In this document: positions 36,082 through 49,512 of the stretch, piece by piece
Layout: each line of letters begins with the position of its first letter
How positions within the stretch are numbered: position 1 is the stretch's first letter
Assembly: GCA_051362555.1 (NCBI GenBank)
Contig: CM120643.1
Location: 9,672,001 to 9,736,000, forward strand
Length of the DNA: 64,000 nucleotides
From: Lingula anatina
Taxonomy: Eukaryota > Animalia > Brachiopoda
Reading direction: 5' to 3'
Program-made: the position numbers and the translations under genes
Notes under the pieces: generated by a model
Told to the model about the DNA's origin: nothing
Database searches by the model: none
Seen by the model: the letters and a program-made list of their open reading frames with translations, nothing else

Positions 36082-39000
36082 CTATCCCTTGGGCAAATAG
36101 GGCAAGAGTAGAGGTTGCCATTTAGGTGTTTTTGTGAGATCGGTTTCATCGTTATTAGCAGTTCCATTGTAATCACCGCATATTCCCTTCATGTTCTCGC
36201 AATAATCTGGATGTATCTTGACAACTACGGTGCGAAGGCGAACAAACACGGAGACCTTGATATTCGCAGCAATAGTGCAGTGAGCTGCCAAATAAGTCCT
36301 CGGTTCGTCGCTACCGGGAAGGTCGGGGAAGCTTTCCTGGACCACCTCTACTTGAGGGTTTCCTGAAGAAATTGTTCCGGTTGCGCCAGGAGGCAGCTTA
36401 TTGTCCCACCAAGGAGGGTACATTACAGGATCGCCATCGATCTGCAATGGCAGTATAGAAATATTAGAGACCATTCCCACAGATATTTGAATCGATCTGT
36501 CTCTGTCACGCCTAGTAAAGCTGTTAATGGGTAATTATCTTTCCCTTAGCTTATTCGGTAGGCGTGACAGACATTTAAGCCTCTTGAGCTGATAGCAATT
36601 CAGCGAGAACCCCCCAGGGAGTTAGGTCGATCCAGATGGATCGATCCAAGTATGGGAACCCAGTCTTAGAGAAGTGCATGTTTTATGAATGGGCTCATCG
36701 TGGGATGAGATGTTGGGAGAATAGAGTGCAGGACAGATTTAGTTCTCTCGGTGTTCTAAGGGCCCCTTTACACTGGACGGCGTCCTTTCTGCGTCCAGCA
36801 GTCCGGCCCCATTTGAGAGTTTAAAAATTATAATATTTTACGTGCCGACAACTGGCTGATCATTGAGCATTCATTCTGATAAAAAATTAATGCTCGTGCC
36901 TCCTTATTAAGACCACAGCGATGCCAAATTTCATGGTCGCAGAAAGGACGCAGAAAGGACGCCGTCCAGTGTAAAGGGGGTATGACTACTCATGAACAGT
37001 TAACATTTCTTATTGTGGCAATCAACTCTTCTTTCTAACAAATTTAGATGAATGAAAGTGCTGCTGTAAACATACCCTCAACCAGGGCTGCAGTTATTAT
37101 TCTGTGGACATTGTCGCTCACAGTACGCCTACAGATATTAACCATCTATTTAACCAGAGACATATCTGTGAATATCTAGTGAAAAATTAATCTGTGGCCC
37201 TGGTTGAGGGAACTGTAAACGTCTGTTTGATTACTATGCCCCAAACTTACTTTCATCCGCTTTTACAGAAAGTATATTCTTTAACTTCACAGTAAGAGAG
37301 TTGCCATGGTTCTTTTGGTTCTTTTCTCTACGCCAAATATAATTTTAATTATAAAAAAATTAAAAATCTTTAAATTTTATTTAACTTTCCCCCATTTTTA
37401 CTCTGGTACCTTGGTGCTCATTCAGATATGGCACACTTACCACGCTCACAGGCTACTTAGATCGCATTCGAAATAACTTGATCCGTAGAATAACAGTTCC
37501 GAGGACTAAATATGGCCGACCCACTTAAAAGCAATGCTGTTAATCCCCTGATGGTCCCCGCCTCCACAGGGGCCGTCGCTGCAGGGGCCTAGCAATTAAA
37601 CCTCGGAGCCGAGATTTAATCCGTTTGATGGCACACGTGGAGGCGGGGAGATCATCAGGAGATTTAGGCGATGTGCTTTTAAGTGGGGTCAGCCATATTT
37701 AGTTGGCAGATCAGTTAGCCCGCGGATCATCTGTTCTGAATGCGCTCTTATACATTAATCAGGCCCTGCTATGGGTAGTGGGTGTGCTTTATTGAAAACA
37801 CAAAAACAAAACATCCACCTTCTCCTTGTTTCTTCCTAATGAGTCGTCTTGCTTGAACTGCATTAATCTGGTGGAGATGGTGTATTGGATACACCTCCCT
37901 TTGATAGATTTGAGTTTCAAAATATAACAATCATGCATATAGTACTTTCATCGGGGTCAGTGAACGCCTGTACTGTTCTAGTCTGAATCAACAGGAATTG
38001 CATTAATTAAGCCGCTGGATCCAGGACTTAAGGATCGTTTGCCCCCTGCCTTTTCCTATCCTGCTGATAACATTCTTTCAAATGATGCAATTTGGTCAAT
38101 GATGCATTTTGCAGATTGGTTTACCTTAAGGCCCTGAAAGTGCTGAGGAACAGGAAAAGTAAGCGATTTGGTTATGGCAGAAGGACGTTAGCTAATGACC
38201 TCTGGTTCCATATCAAAAAACGCAAAAAAAACTTTTTTCAGTGAATTTATCTTTTTTTTTTTAAACTAATCATACAGTTAAAGCAGCCAGCGATTCTTAG
38301 TGATTATGTCAATGTCGACTTACCCACGTTTCAGGAGCGTCTGAGTTTCCAGGGGGGTTGAAGTTGAAGTCTACTGTTCTGTTGTTGCACCCAAACCTAA
38401 CTGCACTGATGTAGGTACGTGGTCCACCCTCGTAAAGGGCATGCTTGGTCCACACATACCACCAATACCCCTGGTCGGACGCCAAATTCCCGATTTTATT
38501 TGTAGGGGCAGGATAGGAGAAATGCCTTCCATCACACGTGCTAAAATGTGGTTCTCCTTTCCCGCCGCAGTAACACCAACCCAACTTACCTGGTTTAAAT
38601 AAAGTAGACCAGTAATTTGATTTATATTGATTAAAAAAAGACTAAGTGTTAATAAAGGTTGATAGATAAAATCGAAGATGAAAGGTTCCTTGAACGAAAT
38701 TGTAATTGGAAATCTTACATCCCATATGGATACTTAAACAACTGAACTTGACAACTCTTAAAGACCGACGGATTAAATATGCCAAAAAAATAATGTTTTC
38801 AATTCACTATAATCTGGCTCCTCCGTATCTCATTGAATATTTTTTACCTTTTAGGAATCTATCTGCATCACTCACCCGTCAATCACCTATTAGAGATTAC
38901 ATAATCCCTGCCAAATTTACTCATAATATACTCGGAATACTTCCTTATGTCCTCGTGGAACAATCTTAGTTTAGAAGAAAAGAAATCCCAAAGTGTTGCA

Positions 39001-40110
39001 TTACTCAAATATTCTCTTAAAACTGAACTCTTTGCTGGATCTCTTTCTACTGTCACTTTAAAAGTTGCTGGATTACAAGAAATACATCTTAATCGGGCTC
39101 GCGTTGAACTACAGTGTATCATTCAAATATCAACTTTATAACCATGATTGGCTATTTTTAAACACTCCAAATTGTATCTGTGGAAAGGATGAAACTCCCT
39201 GACACTTCTTTCGTTGCCCTCTCCAACAGACGAATTATCGTAATTTCTATATAAGGCAATTGATAATATCCTGGGTAATGACTACTCTAATTTTAGAACG
39301 CAACAGGATAAAATCAACCTCTTCCTATACGGTCACAAATCTCTTACTTGTTGTCAAAACGACAGAATTTTTTGTGATTGTCGCTAATTTCCTAATTGAA
39401 AATGTGCATTTATGAATTAGCCACTCGACCGCCCTCATTCTGATTCCCGTCCACTCTGTACTCCCTCCCACAGCTGTCCTCCGATGTGCCAGGCCCAACT
39501 ATTTTTTTAAAGTATTATCCAATATCATTATAATACGACATTTTTTTCTCTATAACGAATATACATTTATTAGTTAATTAGTTACATTTTAAAGTTATCT
39601 TAGATGAGCATGTAATGTTTTTAGCGATTTGCCCTCTCCATATGTGTACACTAATCATTATGATCATAAACTAATAAACGTGTTCAAAAAATTTATATGT
39701 GTGTGTGTACTCTGGTTATAGTTTGCCGCGCTGACGGTCGTTTATATAGTGTTGTTGTCAACAAATAACTTCAGATTGCATTACGAAGTGAATGATAAAG
39801 AGAGCTCCCAGATGGCTGTGAGATGGGGCAACCAGCGTGGCATAAAATGCATTGAGACCACTCGACGTTCATGCTAACACTGCACAATTATACCTATGTC
39901 GAATATGTATATATGTATATATACACTTTCCACAAAATCACAAAATATCTGTAATCTACTGCAAATATACTTACCAGCACATGTAGCCGGTGGGTTCGGC
40001 TGATTTGGGATGCCAGCTCCTGGGGAAGGTAACGCCGGATCGTTGAATTCAATGGCAGAGGCCACTTGAACTATGGTCGCAGCTAGCAGGAGCACTTGTC
40101 GTAGCATCAT
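36082..40110 (-). CDS. Secreted single-VWD-domain protein, ~253 aa
   Basis: Exons 39975-40110 (signal-peptide-like MMLRQVLLLAATIVQVASA plus a Pro-rich linker), 38324-38589 (CYCGGKGEPHFSTCDGRHFSY, the VWD GDPHxxTFDG motif) and 36082-36441 (MKGICGDYNGTANND, the VWD GLCGNFNG motif); phases 1 and 0 match; total 762 nt. Confidence 0.85.
36467..36665. mobile_element. Harbinger-like MITE family A, divergent inverted copy
   Basis: TTA on both flanks; contains CCCCCAGGGAGTTAGGTCGATC; lies 25 bp from the VWD exon-3 acceptor. Confidence 0.72.
36760..36981. mobile_element. MITE with ~34-bp TIRs
   Basis: CCCCTTTACACTGGACGGCGTCCTTTCTGCGTCC is inverted at the right end. Confidence 0.82.
37075..37210. mobile_element. 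Short MITE
   Basis: CCCTCAACCAGGGC / GCCCTGGTTGAGGG termini. Confidence 0.65.
37460..37747. mobile_element. MITE family B (Harbinger-like)
   Basis: Long imperfect hairpin with TTA on both flanks; homologous to 24724-25030. Confidence 0.72.
38703..39691 (+). mobile_element. 5'-truncated, degenerate non-LTR retrotransposon (CR1/L2-group-like 3' end)
   Basis: Frameshifted ORF2 tail (LNLTTLKDRR…APPYL…SSWNNL…HLNRARV…CICGKDETP*HFFRCP), then AATAAA at 39673 and a short A tail; antisense within VWD intron 1. Confidence 0.7.
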
Positions 40111-41008
40111 GGCAATAACAATTTCAAGAAATAAACTCAGAACGTGAACTTGATAATCGTGGAGTTATTAAGAAATGAGCGACTCACTTACTGAGCTTCG
40201 TTACATATTCATTGCATTTTTTTAAAAGCTGTTATATGCGTTGCTGTGACGTAAAAGTCACTGTGCAGATGTAGGGAAAAGTAGAGAGAGGAGGAGTTGA
40301 ACTGTTTCCAGAGTTTGCCACGTGTGCTTAATGCAAAGTTTAACCAATAATTTTCCCCAATTTTAATTTGACATGCGCCCTGTTGGTTGGAATAGATTAT
40401 GTCATACTTCATACTGCCGATGACAACAGATGGTTGAAGAGACTTCTTTTCTTCTATTTAATGATGCGGGCAAAAAGAAAAGTAATTGCATTTCATCTCC
40501 GACTGTCGCCACACTGCTGGTAAAGGTAGGTGGCTCTAAGACTGCGTTCCCATAAACCCATCCAACTAGCTGGATCGATCTTACTCTGCGGTGCTTATGG
40601 CTAAAGTGCTTTCAGTGTGACCACCTTAATTGTCTGACCCCCTCCCCCTTGAGTAATGGGGGTGGGGTGGGGGGGGGGGGTAATTGACTATCGTTAATTA
40701 TCTCCTAGCAGCTTGAGGGGGCGTGCCAGACTGTTAAGCCGTTTTCACTGAATGGACCTTAGCGAGAATCCCCGTTGAGTAAGATCGGTCATTTATATGC
40801 ATATTATGCAAGTTACATTGCCTTTACCGTGACCTCCATGCTTTGGATAAGTCTTGCAAATAAGAAAAATGAATGACGAACAATATATTTTATTCTTAGT
40901 GTATTAATTTTTCTTCAATATTAATTTTAAAGGTATATTTTTAACATAATCTCATTTTAATACTGTATCTTTTCATTTTATGTATACATTCAAGATAAGT
41001 CTGTTTAT

Positions 41009-41234
41009 GGGTGCATTCCCAGAGATTTAGATCTATCTAAAGATTAAGATTTAGATCGACCTAACTCCCTGGGGGTTCACGCTAAATTGCAGTCAGCCGA
41101 GCGGGCACCATAGTTAATTACCCCCTTACAGCTTTTAGTAGGCGGGACAGACGCTTAAGCCGGCCAAGCTGACAGTAATCTAGTGAGACTCCCCACAGGG
41201 ATAGATCGATCTAAAAATCTATGGAAATGGGGTG
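41009..41234. mobile_element. Harbinger-like MITE family A
   Basis: Closely similar to 26794-27003 and 57899-58109; TAT on both flanks. Confidence 0.85.
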
Positions 41235-41321
41235 TATATATTCCAAATAGCACAATAAAACCTTATTTTTTACAAACAAAATCCCGTCAGGGCAAGCCCG
41301 CCCTTTTTTCACGGGGCTACT

Positions 41322-41479
41322 CAGGCCCGTAGCCAGCAATTTCAAAAGGGGGGTTCTTTTTCTGAAAAAGTGGACCTTTTACCATGAAACGTTCATGTGC
41401 CTAGATAAAATTTTACCCGTAGGGGACCTTTTCCCAGCAAAAGGGGGGTTCTTTCGAACCCCCCCTGGCTACGGGCCTG
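41322..41479. mobile_element. hAT-like MITE family C
   Basis: CAGGCCCGTAGCCAG / CTGGCTACGGGCCTG TIRs; homologues at 46905, 58820 and 62244. Confidence 0.82.
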
Positions 41480-44035
41480 ACTACTTCACCCCTAGGCATG
41501 TATCTTTATATCACAACGGTGACCCTGATGAAGTAGAGAAAACGACATTTTCATTCTTATGTTTTTACTAAACGTCATTTAGAAAAATAAGAGATAGATA
41601 ATTTGTTTTTAATTGACAAATTAGAGATAGAGAGAAGTATTTTTTTTAAAAAAAATCTTGTAATATCTCGGTCAAAGTAACAGTTATTTTGTTGTTGTTG
41701 CTGTTAAGCTCAGTTTCATTTTAAGAACTTGTCAGAGGTGAGCGATACTCTCAAATAAATAAATGAAGAAAATAACATTTTGAGCGAAAATCTAGCCAAA
41801 CAGACAGTTGTATTTTGGTTCACATGTCGGACCGTGAGAAATGCGTTTCCATTGCAAGGGCGTCTAAATATCAGGGGGTAGATGTGGCAATCGCATATTG
41901 TAATCGTTCACACTTTTTGGCGCGCGATCAAAATTTGAGATGCTTCCGAGCAAGTTCTGCTCTTCACCAAGGACTACGAACGCTTCCAGAATGGGTTTTT
42001 CGCAGGAAACTCTCGAAGACTACTGTTGATGTTTTACACCAGACATGGCCTTGGCCAGCTTTTCTCCCCACCCCCCACCCCACCCCACCCACAACTCCTT
42101 GGGCTGGCTTTTTTCACTTCATGAAGATGATGTTATCATATAGAGCCGGTAAAGATCTGAGTTCACGCTTTATTTTGATACATTGAAATAATGGATTTCC
42201 AGTGATGGATTATATCAAAAATGTCTTCCAGCCATTGGTGTGGCAACCTCTGCACCCTAAAACTTCTGGCACAAATATTTAAATAAGCAGAAAGGTGATC
42301 TTAAGAAGTCCTGACTATGAAATAAAGCTTTAGTATATTTCACTTAGGCAAAAGCACCTTTATACTTCTAGTTTTGTTACATTGTCCATGACACATGTTA
42401 TATTAAGAAATTTGGCAGCAGTTTTTAACTTGTAATTAACTTTCTTTTTTGCGTAAAACCCATAACCATTTAATTAATAATATTACAGTCATGTGAATAT
42501 GTATGCAGTCATATACATGGTCCTAAATTTTCTTCTCACAAATATTCTTGAAATTGTGTTCACTTCAAGTTTACCAAATACAGGGTTATTTAGAACTATA
42601 AATCTTGAGAAAGAAACACATAAAAAATAACACAATCAAATGCAGCCATGTCTCTTCATTTTAATATCTTGTCATTTACCTTGTCATAAATTTATGATTT
42701 ATTCCTTTAATTCTAGAGGGATCTATAGTTTCAATATCTGTCCACAGAGGTCACCACATGGTGGTGAAACAAAGTGGTATGATACAGACAAAACCCCTAT
42801 ACCAATTGTATCCTGTAATAAAAACTGACTAAAATTGGCACCCACTGGTCTAATATAATTATTTTACATTTCTATGCAAATCACCTGTTGTGTTCAATAT
42901 TCATATCATTTTGATAGATATAGTGCTCGGCTCATTTTCTAGTATTCATGATAAGGTATACAACATGTCTTTTACCCTGACTCAACTTTTGTTCCTATCA
43001 TAACATTATATAACTTAAAGCATGAGCAAGTCTAAAAAATATTTTTTTTCACCTGAACTAAACAGGTTCCATACAAGTACATAGTTTTAAATCCCAATTA
43101 ATTGAAAAAGGTCATCTGTTTTTGGATAAGTTTCTGATTGGGTTGACATTTAGCCTGAGTAGAATAAACAGAGTTTTGAAATGAATTATTGTGAGATTGG
43201 CAGTGCTGTCTTAATATACCTTATCCAAAAGAAAAAGAACCATGGCACAAACGAGAAATTTAAGGCTGAAAAAAGCCATTTTTCTTTTCTCCTCAGTTAT
43301 TCAACAAGTAGCAACTATGCATACGGCCAGATTATACCCAAAGCATGAAAAACTTCCCAAAGAAGTCATATAATATAAAAGCCCTATCTAAATGATCAGT
43401 TGCTTTCATTCTATGCCCTATATATGCGGTAATCATGCAGTTGTAATAATAATTATGTTCATTGAAAATAGGATTGTATTTTCAGATTTTCATTACTATC
43501 TTAAATGATTGTAATGTGCATTTATTTATTTATTTATTTATTTATTTTTTGTCACGATGCACATGATGTAATACAACCACCTATGACAGCTCATTGCATT
43601 ATATCTACGGTAATGCCTCGATCTTTTCAATGGTCAAAAATTATCCAACTTTCAGATACACCATATTAAAATCGTGAAAATTATATTTTTGTATTGCATT
43701 TGTGGTGCTTTTAATGCATAGAATAAAACTAGAAGTTAAGCTGCTTTTCAATATTGTTGCAACCACTCAATAGGAATGCTCTTATTTTAAGGAATTATGA
43801 CTTTAAAAATACAGCATCTGTGAAATTCACAATTTTGTCCCATTGAAAAGATCGAGTCATTACCATATCTTGGCGAATCTTTAATGGATACCATATTGCA
43901 AACAGGCTTGTCTAGGGACTTTAACACTACATCCAGTTGGAGTCAATTCCAGTGGTATATCTACATTGTACAGTCTGAATGTAATATTGGCAGTGAAAAA
44001 GACATCAGTTCTGCTCTGATGCTGGCATGCATCTT

Positions 44036-47000
44036 CTATCCTTTGACGGTGACAGGGAACATTCCAGTGACGTCACATGGCTGGTAGCAGTCAAAGCTGA
44101 CAATGACTTGCTTGTTTCCTGCAGTCTTTGGAGTCAGAGAGATAGTCTGCTCGGCTCTCTTACCAGGACCAACATCCCTGAAAATTTTTACAAAATTAAT
44201 AATGAAAATGGTGACTTCATGGAGAGTTACAGATTTTTTTACAGCCATCTTACAACTTTTTCAAAGCATTTAAATATGAAAGCTGTTCCAATCTGAAAGC
44301 TGTTAATTTATCTGAGGGCAATAATGTCTTTGATCACTCTAATTGACATATGATGTAAATGATCTACTTCAATGGCTAGTTAACAACCAGTAGACCAACA
44401 GACAGCCTGATTCATCATTAGGATGCCAATGATATTGAGTACTTTACCACCATCAAAGAGGGTAATTATATGCAGTGGCGGATTTGGAGGGGGGGGGGGG
44501 GGGGGGGTAAGGGGGGTCCTGACCCCCCCCCCCCCCCCCCCTTCAATTTCTGAAAAAAAATCACACCAATGGTCTCTTCTTGAAATTGGAATTTTGCCTA
44601 GCTAAATCATAGTTCTAAACTGTACCAAATGGCACGTACTGTTTGCCCTCTAAAATACCAACATTTTTGGGGCACTTCAGCAGTCCCCGAACTCTATGCC
44701 AAGGAGGTCGGCTTCGGATCCCTGGATCCTCCCTTCAAATAATCCTAGACCTGCCCCTGGTACATGACCAGTTAATCTTTGGCCACATTCACAACCAACA
44801 GATCCACAGATAAATATGGCCAATCAACCCACTTGAAAGCTTCCTGCAAGTCCTATATACTTTAAGTAAGTCAGACTATATACAGTGGCAGATTTAGAGT
44901 GGGGGTCAGGGGGTCCTGACCCCCCTTCGATTTCTGGTCTCCTCTTGAAATTAGAATTCTGACTAGCTGAATCATAGGGATGGCGGCTTTGCATCTGCAG
45001 ACCCCCCCCCCCCCCCCCCCCCCCCCCCTTCAAATAATCCTGGATCTGCCCCTGATATACTTACATTAATTGATACTCCATAGGTTTCTGGAGGCCAGGT
45101 CCTTCCACAATAAACATGCACCTGGTGAGGGGGATTGGTAGTGGATTGGTAAAGCCTACCTTCAGCTTGAAAGGGGTCAGAGTCTTTATTTCATTCTTTT
45201 TCTACAATAAAAAGTGTATTTTTTATATCTAAACTCACCCATAATGCATTATAATCACCACATAAAAGCTCGAGTTTATAAAGGTAATTACATATACAGT
45301 ATATATACATATATACATGTATATATACAGTATATTATTAAGATTTTTGTAACAGTTAATATAAATCTTTCTTAAAATAATGAATATAAAACCATTGCTC
45401 AAGATTAAAGACATTTTTGATTGCTAAAGATTAGAGGTATTTTTGACAAGCGAAAATACAACTGCATATAAACAGTCACTTGGAATAACTCAGAGAGACA
45501 AACTGGTCATCAAAATTCATATTAACTTAAGATATTTAATTTGTGTCCTTATGATAAAAATACAAATCTCAATAAAACTGCTAGTTTAATATTTACTTGA
45601 TTTAAATGAATGTGTGAATATTATTATATTCTAAAAAAAAAAAACATTCTGTGTAAATTTCCACAGGGAATATTAATTGAAAAAACTTTCAGAATTACCC
45701 CCAAAAATTCAAACTCTAGCGGTGGTGGTCTGAGCATGAAGTCGTCATCCTCCATAAAGATCTGATTTGTCTCATCCACTTTGGCGATCACCGTGGTCTT
45801 GAAATTAGCATGGTCCACAAGCTCATCCAAGTAGTCATCTGGGGTTACGCTCATAGTTACCTTCTTGCCTAAAGAACACATAATATCATTAGTTAAAGTT
45901 TAAACAGTTTAAAGGCACAGAGTGAATAACTGATGAAAAACCACAACTTAAAATGAAATGAATTTTGCCTGGATTTTTAATGCAGTAACTATTTCTAAAT
46001 TGTCCAAAGTCAATTAACTATCTCTTATTACTTCAAGCACGATGGGAATATGTGAGAGACTGAGAGGGAGGTAAAATTCATGAGTCTCACACTTGATGCA
46101 CAAGAGTTGACAGGTATGTGCATATTAAATTCTTTAATAAAATATCAAATATTCTAACAAGAAAACACAAAAACAGCAAGAAAACAACCACCATGCACTA
46201 TAATTTTCTTTGATTTAATAAAAATCATGTCTACCTTTCTCTCCAGCTGCCAGTACGATTTCAAACTTGTCACCCTTCACGAAACTTTTTATGACTCCAG
46301 TATAGTAGACCACTGCGGCTTTCAAGGTAATCTCTACTTTGCGCTCTTCCTTTGCCTTATTGGTCATTACCAGAGCCACATCAAAGGAACTCCCAACAGT
46401 GATGAAATCTTTATCCTCCCACTCAAATTTAACATCATCCTATAAAAGTATCACATTGGGTATTGATAAGTGTAAAATTTTGAGAGAAGGGGGAATGGTA
46501 TGATATTAGATGGTTTCTTAACATTCTACCTAAAAATTCACCCAAACTTCATGTTAAAGGATTAAGAGGGTACAAGTAAGTCAAGGTATCATCACATAAA
46601 TATTGAGCCTCGTAAAAGAAACTGAGGGTACAAAGAACGGGGGTTTTAAGTTCGGGGGAGGTGTTGAAAATACCTCCGTTTTTTCCTCACAAAAGGCCCA
46701 CCCCTAATCAAAATTTGAAATAGGTTTTCTGTCATTTCTAAAGTTTATGGGTCAAGCGACTAAGGGGATAAAAAAGTTGATGTCCCCCCCCCTTTCAAAA
46801 TTGCTTGCTAAAGAAATATCTGAAAAACAGTTTTCAAGGGCATATGGCTGTGGCTGGGTGGCTGGGAAATCTATACAACCTTGATTTCAAATAGTATCGT
46901 ACTGTAGGCCCATAGCCAGGGGGAGTTTGCCATGAAAAGGACCCCTCAGGATAGAATTATATCTACCTGTAGGTACATGAAGGTTTCATCGTAAAAGGTC

Positions 47001-49481
47001 CATTTTTCTGAAAAAAAAGAGCTCCCTCCCTTTGAAATTGGTGGCTATGGGCCTGAACTGCACTAGTTTTCATTAGAAGAAAAAAAAAAACTTACCCCAT
47101 CTGTATTTCTGTCATACAAGTCACGTCGGGTAGACTTCAAGTTGGCAGCCAAGGTGGCAGCTCTTTCCTCAGAAGTACCTGAAAGTTTAAAAAAGAACTA
47201 TACTGTGCATCCTTAAAGACTTTCAAGAATTGTGTGACTTTTCAAAATTAATTCTAACAGCTTCTTCACTGAATACATGTAGCTATTATTGATTAAAACA
47301 TAGGAGTTGAATGACATATATGATATAAGAAGTAATATTATTATGTTCCTGGTTGAGAGTGAGTAAGGGTGCTTTCCCAGAGGTTTAGATCGATCCAGAG
47401 ATTTAGATTTAGATCGACCTAACTCCCTAGGGGTTCACACTAAATTGCAGTCAGTCGAGCGCGCACCATAGATCAATCTAAAATCTATGGGAATGGGGTC
47501 TAAGATAAGATATCTGATGTTGCCAAATGCTTAAAGACAATCTTCTTGTTCTGGGATATTGAATATTGAATGGGAACCTAAAAATGTGATTGCAACAGTT
47601 TTAATTTTTACCAATTTTACACACAAAGCCCACGTACCATACATGTTCAGGTTTCTTTCGCTATTATACAATTTGATGAAATATCAGAAATTCCAAACTG
47701 ACGAAGACTACCATCATTATATGTTGTCTCACCTTACACACTCTAAACAAGCATTAAACTAAAAATGCCCTATTCCACAGTTCAGTACAGTATCCTTTTA
47801 TTTATTTTTTATTTTTTTGATGGGGGCGGGGGGGGGGGGGTCAAAATGCTTTGTCACAGTTGTTGCCATAGGAGATACAGATGCTGTTGAGGGTGGGGTG
47901 GGGTGGGGGGGGGCTGCTGGCTTGGCTGGTGGTATCATCTCAGCACAAATGCTCAGTTACTATCAAGCTGTTACTCAACCTTGTGGCCATCAAAAGTCTT
48001 ACCTTCTTTAAACTTATACTGTTCAGTGATATCCTCTCTATCTGGATCCTCCTTTTTCCATCTTGAGAAGGAGTCCACGGCAGTCACCAGGGGTTTTTTG
48101 GTGCTTATTTTCTGACCAACACTGGATTATTCACATGTATGTGCAGTTACAAATTGGATAAGATAAAAATTAATGAAAAATATGTTAAAATTTCATTCAT
48201 AAAGGTGCATTAGCATTCATGTAACCTACAATGAAAAATTGCCAAGACATGTACGTATTTTTTCTGCACAATCTCAGATCTACACAATCACGATTCTACA
48301 GTGTATTTGTTGTATCTGTATCATGCCAATTACCTTGCTTTCATGAAATATCTATCCCAGGTCCCATCATTCCGTCTTCGGTGTCTGACCCTGTCGGCGT
48401 TGACTTCAGCAAAGATGAACGGCCCATCATAAGGCAGGTACACCTGACCTGCCTTGATGGCATTCAGGGAACAAGGACCTGCACAGTACACACCTGAAAC
48501 AATGGGAACCAATACAGCATGACAATGAACCAAGATTTAAATACTTGGATGTGTTAGGTGTGACAAAAAAAAACTAAATGTTACTTTTGGATTGTGTTAG
48601 GTGTGACAATGAACCTGGATGTGAATATCGGGATGTTTTAAGTGTGACAGTGAGCCAGGGTGTGAATATTTAAATGAGTTAGGTGTGGCAATTAATGAAC
48701 CAAGATCTGAATACTTGGATGTGCTAGGTATGACAAATTCATGACATTGAACCAGGATGTGAATATCTGGATGATTCATGTGTGACAGTAAATAAGGGTG
48801 TGAATATATAAATGAGTAAGGTGTGGCAATTAATGAACCAAGATTTGAATACTTGGATAGGTTAGGTATCACATATAACCAATATGTGACTTTTTGGGTT
48901 GTGCTTGGTGTGACGATGAACCAGGATGTGAATGTTTGGATGTGGTAGGTGTGATGAAGAACTAGGATGTCTCCATGTATTGTATACACATACCATCGCT
49001 AAGTTCTTGTGGTGTAGCATCAATGGCCTGCCAGCCCCCACAGCCAGAGGGTAAATCTGGGCGAGCCATCCATACGTCATTCCAAACATGGAAATTCCTG
49101 AAAACATGGGAATTCAAAATACACTAAAATGTAGTGAAAATGAGGCCAAAAACTGACATCTGGAATTTTCACTCTCAGAAAAATCAGTTACTTCAGTTTT
49201 CATTGTGCTGAGTTTCATGAGTCACTGCAAACAGAACGTTAAATCATCAACATACCTCTGCATATTCCAGTTACAGTTAATTACAAGAAAAGGCAGAAGC
49301 AAACTGATAGTAAAGAGGCAATTTTCAAGTGATCTCAGAAACCCTGGGTTAAACTCAGAGAATGCAACTCGAACAATTACCAAGGTTACATGGTCACATG
49401 GGCACATCTTACCCTATCAGGAGCAGTGTAACAGCACTCTCATGGAAATCCGTGTCAGATAAGCCAAGGAACTAAGTTGAG

Positions 49482-49512
<31 letters not shown>

